Of a stretch of 23,185 nt of DNA, positions 8,982 to 15,987 are shown piece after piece. Source of the stretch: an uncultured virus (IMG/VR IMGVR_UViG_3300017989_000063) (taxonomy: Duplodnaviria > Heunggongvirae > Uroviricota > Caudoviricetes); IMG/VR virus record IMGVR_UViG_3300017989_000063. The stretch is one strand, 5' to 3'. Made by a program: the position numbers and the translations under genes. How positions within the stretch are numbered: position 1 is the stretch's first letter; each line of letters starts with the position of its first letter. The notes beneath the pieces are model-generated. The model saw only the letters and a program-made list of their open reading frames with translations. It was not told where the DNA came from and did no database searches.

Positions 8982-11162
8982 GTGGCGACCGTCCCCATCC
9001 TCACGTTCAACTCGCCGAAGAGAACGGCGGCAGGCGCGGGTGACGACGCCACGCTAGGTGCCCAGGGGGACGCCCCAGACACCTGTACGTTCCCACCACT
9101 CGGAACTGCCTCCGCAGGACCAACCGAGTACACCTCGGTCATCCAGCGATACCAGTCGTCGGTCTGGGATGGCGCGTCTCCTCGTACCGCTACCTGGTAT
9201 GCAGGAGCCATCGGCATCTCGGGGATGGTGGCCAACGACACGAGCGCGTTCGGTCTCTCGACGAGCTCCGACATCATCTCGGAGGCATTCCTCTACGTCG
9301 CCGAGAACGTCACTCTGGGAGGATACGTCGCGGCCGGCTTCGGAGTCGGCGGCAGCGAGATCGCATTCGACGGAGATGGGAATATCATCCTCGATTGCGG
9401 GTCTGGGTCCTCCATCGCACTGGCTGACGACGGAAGTATCTCCATCTCTGAGACAGGAGGTTCTTCCATCCAGATGTCCGCCGGCGAGGTGACGATCGCC
9501 ACCAAGGACAGCGGCGACACGAACCTCAACTTGCAGGTCCGAGGAGACCTGGAGATCCAGGGGTCTGGTGCCAGCGCCAATCCGTTCGTCGCTATCCAAA
9601 ACACAGGTGTGTCGTTCGGGAAGGCCACCGAGTCGGGATCTGGATCCATCGCCGTCTACGACTCAGGAGGCACCAACAACGTCTTCCACATCGACAGCAC
9701 CAGCAACTACGACGTCACGGTAGGAGCTGACGCCCAAGGGACTAAGGCTACCCTCACGGTCAAAGGCAGCATCACCGCCGAGGGTGGTCTCTACGTGGAG
9801 GACACGTTCCGGGTCCTGGATGCCGACGACACCGCCAACTACCTGGAGATCGATTCTTCCGTGACGGAGGTGGCGACCCTCCGAGCAGTGGACGGTGGCA
9901 CAGGCTCCTACGACATGATCGAGTTCTTCTACCCCTCCGGAGGCCAGTTCATCCGCTTCCCCAAGATAGGGACCAGTACTGGAACGACGGAGGAGTACAC
10001 TTCTCGGCCGTTGCAGTTCGAGGCCTCGGTTTGGACAGGAGCTGCTGAGAGAGAAGCTAGATGGGCAGTGGAGACGATGGGTCTCTTCGCCTTCGTAGGT
10101 CAGGACAACTGGAGCGGTTGGGCTGTCTTCGCTCCAGACGGCAACGTCGTCTTCGCTGGTCTGGAGAACGCCGGGTCCATTGTCAGCGCCATTGTGGAGG
10201 CTCCTACTGTCAGCATAACTGCCGACGACATCAACTTGGATGGAGATGTCCAGGTTGGTGATGGTTTCGGCATCTATATGGGTAATGGTGGTGGAGATGC
10301 CGCCGGCGACTTTATCGTCGCTGATGGATCCCTCATCGTCTTCGAGATCGATGCTGGTACGAACTACGATGTCACCGTAGGAAACCGTAGTCAGTCAACC
10401 CCGGCCACGTTGTTGATCGATGGAGGTGATTTCAAGATCAGCGATGCCAGCGACAAGAAGCTGGTGAACATCGACAACGACAACCACATGTTCCAGGTCG
10501 GTGACTCCACGGTGGATACCGACCTCTTCATTTACGGGGATGTGCGCCCCCTGGTCAACGACACGAACAACTGCGGGGACGAGAACTACCGCTGGCTTGG
10601 TATCCAAGGGAAGAACATCGCGGCCGGCAGAAGCGGCTCTGGTGGCAGCAGAGTCGCTGGGTACTTGCGGGTCTACGACTCGGTCGATCCAGCGAACCAG
10701 GACTGGTTCACTGCTGACCCGGCCAACGACAGGTTCTGGGTGGAAGAGGATGTTGTCGTCTGGCCTGACGCTGCGCCCACCGTCGGCACTACGACTCGTG
10801 ACTCGAAGAAGCTGGCGATGCAGTCGATGTATTACAGTGGGGGAGCCCTCTCGGCCGAGGAGGTTTCACTGCGGGTGGTGCAGCTCTCGGTAGGCAACCA
10901 GAACAACGAGCTGCGACTCCGGTTCGGTACCACAGACGAGCTATTCTTCGATCGCTCAGGGATGTACCCGTCAACAGACGGAGGGTCGGCCCTAGGCACT
11001 TCTGGAAATGCGTGGGCAGGCATCCGGACGAAGGGAATGGTGTCCGAGGGGGACATCGAGGTCCTGGGATCCTCGAACGGGCTGATCCTGGAGTCCCCAG
11101 ACAACACCCGCTGGCGTGTTACCATCGACAACAGTGGAAATCTCCAGACGGCGACGGTATAG
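8982..11162 (+). CDS. Tail-fibre-like / receptor-binding protein with internal repeats, 726 aa
   Basis: SD GAGGAG then GTG. Gly/Ser/Thr/Asp-rich. Fibre-type motifs VRPLVNDTNNCGDENYRW and YPSTDGGSALGTSGNAW. C-terminus GDIEV..SSNGLILESPDNTRWRVTIDNSGNL. Confidence 0.7.
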   Translation: MATVPILTFNSPKRTAAGAGDDATLGAQGDAPDTCTFPPLGTASAGPTEYTSVIQRYQSSVWDGASPRTATWYAGAIGISGMVANDTSAFGLSTSSDIISEAFLYVAENVTLGGYVAAGFGVGGSEIAFDGDGNIILDCGSGSSIALADDGSISISETGGSSIQMSAGEVTIATKDSGDTNLNLQVRGDLEIQGSGASANPFVAIQNTGVSFGKATESGSGSIAVYDSGGTNNVFHIDSTSNYDVTVGADAQGTKATLTVKGSITAEGGLYVEDTFRVLDADDTANYLEIDSSVTEVATLRAVDGGTGSYDMIEFFYPSGGQFIRFPKIGTSTGTTEEYTSRPLQFEASVWTGAAEREARWAVETMGLFAFVGQDNWSGWAVFAPDGNVVFAGLENAGSIVSAIVEAPTVSITADDINLDGDVQVGDGFGIYMGNGGGDAAGDFIVADGSLIVFEIDAGTNYDVTVGNRSQSTPATLLIDGGDFKISDASDKKLVNIDNDNHMFQVGDSTVDTDLFIYGDVRPLVNDTNNCGDENYRWLGIQGKNIAAGRSGSGGSRVAGYLRVYDSVDPANQDWFTADPANDRFWVEEDVVVWPDAAPTVGTTTRDSKKLAMQSMYYSGGALSAEEVSLRVVQLSVGNQNNELRLRFGTTDELFFDRSGMYPSTDGGSALGTSGNAWAGIRTKGMVSEGDIEVLGSSNGLILESPDNTRWRVTIDNSGNLQTATV

Positions 11163-11177
11163 TGGGCGTAAGGATGG

Positions 11178-11432
11178 ATGAGGGAGCACCAGGTGGAACA
11201 CTTCGCTGCGGTGATAGAAGCGCTCAAGACAGGCGGTCCCTACGCCCTAGTCGCTCTGATCGGGTGGGCCTACATCAAGGAGAGAGCGAACAACAAGGAG
11301 CTCTACCTCAAGGTCATCGAAATCACGCAGCAGATGACTGCCTCCAACGTCGAGCTGAAAGCTGCGATGACTGCGTTGAAGGACGCCATGAACTCGCTGG
11401 CAATCCGTCTTCCCACGGGGAGGTCGTCGTGA
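11178..11432 (+). CDS. Putative BhlA/UviB-type holin-like protein (one TM plus coiled coil), 84 aa
   Basis: TM GGPYALVALIGWAYI, then KER and an amphipathic heptad helix. Located right after a fibre gene. Alternative GTG start at 11193. Confidence 0.55.
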   Translation: MREHQVEHFAAVIEALKTGGPYALVALIGWAYIKERANNKELYLKVIEITQQMTASNVELKAAMTALKDAMNSLAIRLPTGRSS

Positions 11433-11821
11433 ACCAGGAGAGGATGTACGCCGTGCACGCCGCAGCCGCCAGAGGAGCCGTCTTCGTCAAGAAGGGGCTG
11501 CTCACGATGGACCAGCTCGAGAGCGCGCTCGGTGAGGTGGCCAACGGAGCCAACTTTGATTCCATCATCCTTGGGCGCCGATGGATCACCGAAGACGAGA
11601 TCGAGTGCGTCGACCAGTGCCTCGAGGACCCCGACCGACCTCCCAACGGGAACGCCAAGCAGATCGCCCATGTCGCACTGAATCGGCTGCAGGCCCAGCA
11701 CAGAGAGACCGTGTCGGTGGTCCACGAGATCGGTCGTCTCGCGGGAGTCATCCAGGAGAGAGCGAAGTCGCTGCCGAAGCGTGAGCGACACGACACGGGG
11801 GAGTTCTGTTGCGAGTCGTAG
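11429..11821 (+). CDS. Hypothetical protein with degenerate MshEN/T2SSE_N-like repeat, 130 aa
   Basis: GTGA overlap with GGAGG SD (alternative ATG 11444). Sequence RGAVFVKKGLLTMDQLESAL...FDSIILGRRWITEDEI. Confidence 0.65.
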   Translation: MNQERMYAVHAAAARGAVFVKKGLLTMDQLESALGEVANGANFDSIILGRRWITEDEIECVDQCLEDPDRPPNGNAKQIAHVALNRLQAQHRETVSVVHEIGRLAGVIQERAKSLPKRERHDTGEFCCES

Positions 11822-12258
11822 CCGCCATCCTGCTGCTCACGTTCCCGGTGCAGGCGCTGGCCGGGCCGTTCGAGTACAGCTTCCAGGCCCTCCCTCGAGG
11901 GGAGAAGTGCGAGAACTCCGACCACTGGTGCTACACCCTCGACGAGTTCAAGCTCCTCATCAAGGGGGACAGCGAGATTATCACTCTTCGGGGTGAGGTG
12001 AGCCTGCTGAACGAGAAGCTGGCTGTCCAGGTCGACCTCATCAAGAACCTGAACGAGCAGCTGAAGCTACTGGTCAGTACGATGGCCGTCCTCCAGGGGG
12101 AGGTGAAGCGACTGTCCACGAAGTGGGCCGAGACGGACAAGGCGCTACAGGAGTGCAAGTACGACGAACCACTGTGGCCGTGGCTCGTTCTGGGGGGAAG
12201 TGGTCTGCTCATCGCCATCGCGGTGGGCATCGTGGTCGGCGTGTACGTGGGGAAGTAG
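11809..12258 (+). CDS. Exported coiled-coil protein with signal peptide and C-terminal TM anchor, 149 aa
   Basis: TTG start with GGGGAG upstream. Signal MRVVAAILLLTFPVQALA|G, long heptad region, C-terminal TM LWPWLVLGGSGLLIAIAVGIVVGVYV-GK. Confidence 0.8.
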   Translation: MRVVAAILLLTFPVQALAGPFEYSFQALPRGEKCENSDHWCYTLDEFKLLIKGDSEIITLRGEVSLLNEKLAVQVDLIKNLNEQLKLLVSTMAVLQGEVKRLSTKWAETDKALQECKYDEPLWPWLVLGGSGLLIAIAVGIVVGVYVGK

Positions 12259-12615
12259 ATGGCTCACCATCCGATCATCAGCGTCCTGAAGACGGTCAGC
12301 GAGTTGAGGAAGCAAGGCAAGCTGACCGTGGACGAGGCGGCCGAGAGGATCTCCAGGGGGCTGATGCGCCCACCTCCACAACCAGAGGAGCCACAGCCAA
12401 GCGAGCCGGTCATGCCGGCGAGGCCGGAGCCCCTCTTCGAGCTGAGGTCTGGGACCATCAGGCGCATCCAGGCTCTGCGCCGGTCCAGCATCGAGCTCAC
12501 ACCGCAGGGGGTCAAGGGTAAAAATTGGGGGGCCGGCGCACGGCCGACCCCCCAGAGAACCTCGACGACTACTGCCCGCGCTCGAGCTCGACAGCTGCTG
12601 AGACGAGAGCAGTGA
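12259..12615 (+). CDS. Hypothetical protein, 118 aa, last gene of the + block
   Basis: ATG directly after the upstream TAG. The N-terminal two-thirds look coding. The C-terminal 30 aa or so run through the - strand terminator and are less convincing. Confidence 0.6.
   Translation: MAHHPIISVLKTVSELRKQGKLTVDEAAERISRGLMRPPPQPEEPQPSEPVMPARPEPLFELRSGTIRRIQALRRSSIELTPQGVKGKNWGAGARPTPQRTSTTTARARARQLLRREQ
12520..12554 (-). terminator. Rho-independent terminator of the - strand replication operon
   Basis: On -: TGGGGGGTCGGC-CGTGC-GCCGGCCCCCCA-ATTTTT. The 12-bp stem has a U.G pair that forms only on the - strand, followed by a U5 tract. Confidence 0.8.
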
Positions 12616-12796
12616 TGATGCGACCGCGAGACCAGTCGTCGCCCACGGGGACGCCGACGTAGCCCGCGGTCTCGATCAGCTCCTGGTCGTCCATCTCACG
12701 CAGCTCCTCGGCCGTGACCACGGTGTAGTCGCCTTCACGAGGGAGAACGGTGTCGGGGCGAGGCGGAAGCGGTCCCGCCTCGGCCCCCTCTAGTCG
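12569..12796 (-). CDS. 75-aa -1-frame extension of the 12790-13413 gene (or a separate 50-aa gene from GTG 12721); Rho-N/HeH-like
   Basis: Manual translation RLEGAEAGPLPPRPDTVLPREGDYTVVTAEELREMDDQELIETAGYVGVPVGDDWSRGRIITALVSAAVELERGQ*. Phage-like codon usage. Stops 14 nt before the terminator. Not in the ORF track. Confidence 0.7.
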   Translation of the reverse strand, partial: RLEGAEAGPLPPRPDTVLPREGDYTVVTAEELREMDDQELIETAGYVGVPVGDDWSRGRIITALVSAAVELERGQ

Positions 12797-12802
12797 TTTC
12801 CC
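12755..12802 (-). promoter_or_regulatory. Candidate -1 programmed ribosomal frameshift signal
   Basis: In-frame X_XXY_YYZ heptamer G_GGA_AAC (12802-12796), spacer GACTAGA, then a hairpin of about 14 bp GGGG(C)CGAGGCGGGA-CCGC-TTCCGCCTCGCCCC (12787-12755). Confidence 0.6.
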
Positions 12803-13413
12803 TCATCGCCCTCGTCCTCGGAGTCGGAGGCCTCGGCCAGGCTGACCGACATCTCCACGAACTGGGAGAACGGGGCCGGCTCCTCGGAGAGCAGGCAGTA
12901 GAGGTGGTACGCGCAGGCCTTGGACTCGGCCAGCTCGGACCCGAGCTGCTGGACCAGGGTCTGCGTCTCGGCCACGGCGGTGCCGATGCCGTCGACGCGG
13001 TTGACCAGGTCGCCGGTGGTGACCTGCAGCTCCTGGATGACCTCGGCCACGGCCGCCGCGGCCTCGTCCTCGCCGCCTGCCTCCTCGTCCTTCGGCTTGC
13101 CCTTGCCGGAGCCCTTACCCTTGCCACCGCCCTTGCCCTTGCCGTTGCCGCCGTCCTTCTTCTTCTTGGCGGCCGCGCGGGCGGCGGCCTTGTCCTTCTT
13201 GCTGGGCTCGGCCGCATCGCCGCCGCCCTCGCTGTCCTGCTTCTGCGCGATCCAGCCGGCGAGCCAGTCGATGGGGCGGATCATCGCCAGGTTGTGATCC
13301 AGCTTCAGCTTCAGGGCCATCTGCCGGATCTGGTGGTGCTTGAGGCTCGAGAGCAGCTCCTGCTGCTTGGCCTCCTGTGCCTCGGTCAGGTTGAGAGCCG
13401 GAACGCCTGCCAT
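12790..13413 (-). CDS. Hypothetical protein: helical N-domain, Lys/Gly-rich linker, coiled coil, acidic tail, 207 aa
   Basis: SD AAGGAG and very strong GC3 bias. KKKKDGGNGKGKGGGKGKGSGKGKPK linker; tail EASDSEDEGDEGND. Confidence 0.9.
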   Translation of the reverse strand: MAGVPALNLTEAQEAKQQELLSSLKHHQIRQMALKLKLDHNLAMIRPIDWLAGWIAQKQDSEGGGDAAEPSKKDKAAARAAAKKKKDGGNGKGKGGGKGKGSGKGKPKDEEAGGEDEAAAAVAEVIQELQVTTGDLVNRVDGIGTAVAETQTLVQQLGSELAESKACAYHLYCLLSEEPAPFSQFVEMSVSLAEASDSEDEGDEGND

Positions 13414-13426
13414 CTGTCTTCTCCTT

Positions 13427-13627
13427 CTACTTCTTCGTGGGCTTCGCCAGCACTTCCAACGCCAGCTTCAGGCCCACGAGGCCAATGAACTCTTCCTTCG
13501 CTTCCAGGTCGATCTCTTCGTCGGGAGAGTACCCTCCACAGTGAAACCCCATCAAGATCTTCTTTGGGGTTGTCTTCTTGCACTCGCGGCCTGCCCGCCT
13601 GCAGCTGAAGCACGACGGGAAGATCAC
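13427..13627 (-). CDS. Small Cys4 (zinc-finger-like) protein, 66 aa
   Basis: GTGA overlap with the upstream stop. MIFPSCFSCRRAGREC...FHC. Fills the operon gap. Confidence 0.6.
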   Translation of the reverse strand: MIFPSCFSCRRAGRECKKTTPKKILMGFHCGGYSPDEEIDLEAKEEFIGLVGLKLALEVLAKPTKK

Positions 13628-13938
13628 AGTAGCCGCGACCGGTTGTTCCTCACACACAGCATCACCACGACATCTGGACATTCTCCCTCCACGCACTGCC
13701 CGTCGCAGGCAAGCTGTGACCGGAAGTACTGGCTGTTCTCCTCCAGCCACGTCCGGTAGCGTCTCCGCCAGGTCATCGTATCGTCTTCGGGGATCTCTCC
13801 CTCCGCCTCCCCGAGGTAGTGGGCGATCAGGTCCTTGGTCGTCAGCCGCCGGCTCACCCGTACCCCCAGCTGCTGGCGGATCAGCTCCCGGATCTCGCTG
13901 TCGTTCATCCGGTCAAGGAGCTCCTGTAGCTGGTCCAT
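13624..13938 (-). CDS. Hypothetical protein: Rho-N/HeH-like N-terminus plus Cys4 C-terminus, 104 aa
   Basis: AGGAGG/AAGGA SD. ELLDRMNDSEIRELIRQQLGV...TTKDLIAHYL; CDGQCVEGEC...C. Confidence 0.75.
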   Translation of the reverse strand: MDQLQELLDRMNDSEIRELIRQQLGVRVSRRLTTKDLIAHYLGEAEGEIPEDDTMTWRRRYRTWLEENSQYFRSQLACDGQCVEGECPDVVVMLCVRNNRSRLL

Positions 13939-14173
13939 CCTTCTTCCTCCTGAACTTCAGCTTCACGTTCGAGTAGTCGCACCCCTTGCAGGCACGGTAC
14001 GGCTGACAGATGCACGAGGCTATCCCTACCTGGAATCGCCTCATGATGCCATGCCGGCAGCACTCCACGTACTTACCTACCTTCCTGGACAGAGCCTTCT
14101 TCTCCGCCTCCGACTGGGGGGACTCCGAAGTCTTCCGGGTCTTGCGCCGTGATCGTGATTTCCGTCCGGACAT
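13913..14173 (-). CDS. Small basic Cys-rich protein (start ATG 14173 or GTG 14068)
   Basis: CCRH...CICQPYRACKGC. Fills the gap between the RusA-like gene and the 104-aa gene. Start is uncertain. Confidence 0.5.
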   Translation of the reverse strand: MSGRKSRSRRKTRKTSESPQSEAEKKALSRKVGKYVECCRHGIMRRFQVGIASCICQPYRACKGCDYSNVKLKFRRKKDGPATGAP

Positions 14174-14588
14174 GGCCAGGGTCCATCTCCTTTCTGATCT
14201 CTCCCACGAAGAACATGGAGTCGTCGATGTCCAGCGCGGCCTTGAGCGCGTTCTCGATGATGATGACCCTGTTGGACGTGTCCACGATCTTGTAGCGGTG
14301 CTTGGCTCCGCCCTTCTCCCCCCAGGTCTTGTTGATGAGGGTGTCGAAGACGAACTTGTAGTCGATGCGGAAGACGGTGACGCCGTCGTCGGGCAGGTCG
14401 CACAGCTCCTGCAGGTAGCGGGAGACGATGTCCGTCTTGAAGCGGTCGACGAATGCCCGCACCTCATTGTTCATCACCTTGGCCAGCTTCACACCGCCCT
14501 TCCCCCTCCGCAGCCTTGGGATGTAGGCGCGGTTGATGGAGGGCGGGATGTAGCCGATCTCCAGCCTCACGGACCAGGGTTCATTCAT
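14073..14588 (-). CDS. RusA-like Holliday junction resolvase family protein (divergent active site)
   Basis: ATGA overlap with AGGAGG upstream. N-terminal PPSIN motif. DTSNRVIIIENALKAALDIDDS aligns to RusA DxDNxxKxxxDAL...DD. Confidence 0.7.
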   Translation of the reverse strand: MNEPWSVRLEIGYIPPSINRAYIPRLRRGKGGVKLAKVMNNEVRAFVDRFKTDIVSRYLQELCDLPDDGVTVFRIDYKFVFDTLINKTWGEKGGAKHRYKIVDTSNRVIIIENALKAALDIDDSMFFVGEIRKEMDPGHVRTEITITAQDPEDFGVPPVGGGEEGSVQEGR

Positions 14589-15172
14589 CGCCACCTACCT
14601 CCTGCCCGTCCTCGGCCTGCGCCGATGTTGCTGGAGCGGTTCCCGGCCCGGGTCTGGTCTCCGCGCAAGGTGATGATGCGGCTGACGGTGTCTCGGCTCT
14701 TCTGCTGGATCTTCACCGCGGTCTGGACCCACGCACGGAGCCGCTTCGCCTTGCGCCAGTTGGCGTTGGCCTCGACGAAGCGCCGGTCGATGCGCACGGA
14801 GTGGTCCTTCTCGGTCACAGACCCGGCAGTCTCCTTCCAGATCTTGGACTTCACGAAGTCCTTCTGCTCCTCGCGCACCTCGAGCTCGTCCTCGACGACG
14901 GTCTCGAGGCCCATCAGGTATTCCTGCCAGATGCAGAGGTTGGTGAAGAGCGTCCCCAGCGCCTCGTCCGAGAGTGACGAGAGGTTGGGCGGCAGCGGCA
15001 TCTGCTCGATGGGAGAGCCGTCGGCCTTGCACGGCCGCTGTGGGAGAGCGAGGCCCATCTCCTCGATCTTGGAGAGCACGTCGATGCCCGTTGCCGCGTA
15101 CATGTCGACGCCCTCGGCCATCGAGGCGTGACTTCCCTCCGGCTCTACTGGCTGTCCCTTTCCCCTAGCCAT
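14585..15172 (-). CDS. Helical protein, possible UvsY-like recombination mediator, 195 aa
   Basis: TGATG overlap with the upstream stop. Long helices around SVTEKDHSVRIDRRFVEA and KSRDTVSRIITLR. Lies in a RecA/SSB neighbourhood. Family call is an inference. Confidence 0.5.
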   Translation of the reverse strand: MARGKGQPVEPEGSHASMAEGVDMYAATGIDVLSKIEEMGLALPQRPCKADGSPIEQMPLPPNLSSLSDEALGTLFTNLCIWQEYLMGLETVVEDELEVREEQKDFVKSKIWKETAGSVTEKDHSVRIDRRFVEANANWRKAKRLRAWVQTAVKIQQKSRDTVSRIITLRGDQTRAGNRSSNIGAGRGRAGGRWR

Positions 15173-15987
15173 CAGAGGTCTCCTTCCCCGTACTTGCAGG
15201 CGTGGTAGTAGACGCACTTCTTGCAGTCGAACGCGGGAACAGTCCGGTCGGGTACGGTCCCACCCTCCATGCTCCCACGGATCTCGGTCACGACCTCCTC
15301 CACGGCCGCGACCATCTTGGGGTCGAAGCCATTGAAGATCTGGATCGTCCGGTGCGGCCACGCCTTCTCCACGAACAGGAACAGGCTGCCGGGAAGGTCC
15401 TCGCACTTGTTGTAGGCCGCGTTCTGCATCAGGTAGTCGGAGCTCGGCTTCGTCCCCAGCTTGTCGATTGTCTTGGTGCTGGCCGACTTGATCTCGAGAC
15501 CGACACGGAAGCCGGGACCCTCGAAGATGCCATCGCAGCTCCCCACGATGTCCCACGGGGTGTAGGAGACCAGGTCCTCGTAGGAGAAGAGCACACCCGA
15601 GTCGGTGTTGAGCGGCAGGAAGAGAGGGGCGAGGTAGTCCAGCTGCCAGAGCTCGTGGATCTTGGTGCCGATGTCGAACGTGAGCCGGTCGGACAGCTCC
15701 CACCGCTTCTTCGGCTGGATGCCCAGGTACTGGAAGTACTGCTGCCGAAGGCAGCGGTTGATGCCGGAGGGAGAGAAGACGTTCAGGAGTCGAGGGTTCC
15801 TGACGAGGATGCCGGTGCCGTTGCAGTGCAGGCACGTCTTCCTGGATGGGTCCGTCCGCGGGTGCTCGTACTCCCACTCCTGTCTCGCCTTGAGCGCGGC
15901 CTGCACAGGGCCGACGACGTCCATCTGCCTGGCGAAGTCACGACGCTGCTTCTTGTCGAGGGCGAGCCACTGCTCACTCGTCTTCAC
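15172..15987 (-). CDS. Cas4/AddB-like PD-(D/E)xK exonuclease with probable 4Fe-4S cluster, about 271 aa
   Basis: SPSGINRCLRQQYF, GTKIHE, GSCDGIF, LEIKS, QNAAY and C-terminal CKKCVYYHAC. Start placed at GTG 15987, which overlaps the end of the upstream gene. Confidence 0.85.
   Translation of the reverse strand: MKTSEQWLALDKKQRRDFARQMDVVGPVQAALKARQEWEYEHPRTDPSRKTCLHCNGTGILVRNPRLLNVFSPSGINRCLRQQYFQYLGIQPKKRWELSDRLTFDIGTKIHELWQLDYLAPLFLPLNTDSGVLFSYEDLVSYTPWDIVGSCDGIFEGPGFRVGLEIKSASTKTIDKLGTKPSSDYLMQNAAYNKCEDLPGSLFLFVEKAWPHRTIQIFNGFDPKMVAAVEEVVTEIRGSMEGGTVPDRTVPAFDCKKCVYYHACKYGEGDL

Noticed and set aside
3..11162. Diversity-generating retroelement or invertible fibre cassette
   Set aside because: No reverse transcriptase or invertase, and no near-identical nucleotide repeat pair noticed; the fibre repeats are visible only at protein level.
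12755..12802. Lambda G/GT-type tail assembly chaperone frameshift
   Set aside because: The gene is in the replication operon on the strand opposite the structural genes, not between tail tube and tape measure genes.
12735..13217. 160-aa - strand ORF as an alternative read-through of the hairpin region
   Set aside because: Arg/Pro/Ser-rich off-frame translation that stops at 12735; only the -1 frame gives a protein-like extension reaching the terminator.
15173..15877. N-terminal 235 aa of the 430-aa track ORF 14585-15877
   Set aside because: Alternate frame of the Cas4-like gene; the real start is ATG 15172 in a TGATG overlap.
15172..15987. CRISPR-Cas locus suggested by the Cas4-like gene
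   Set aside because: No repeat-spacer array and no other cas genes seen; the context is phage recombination.
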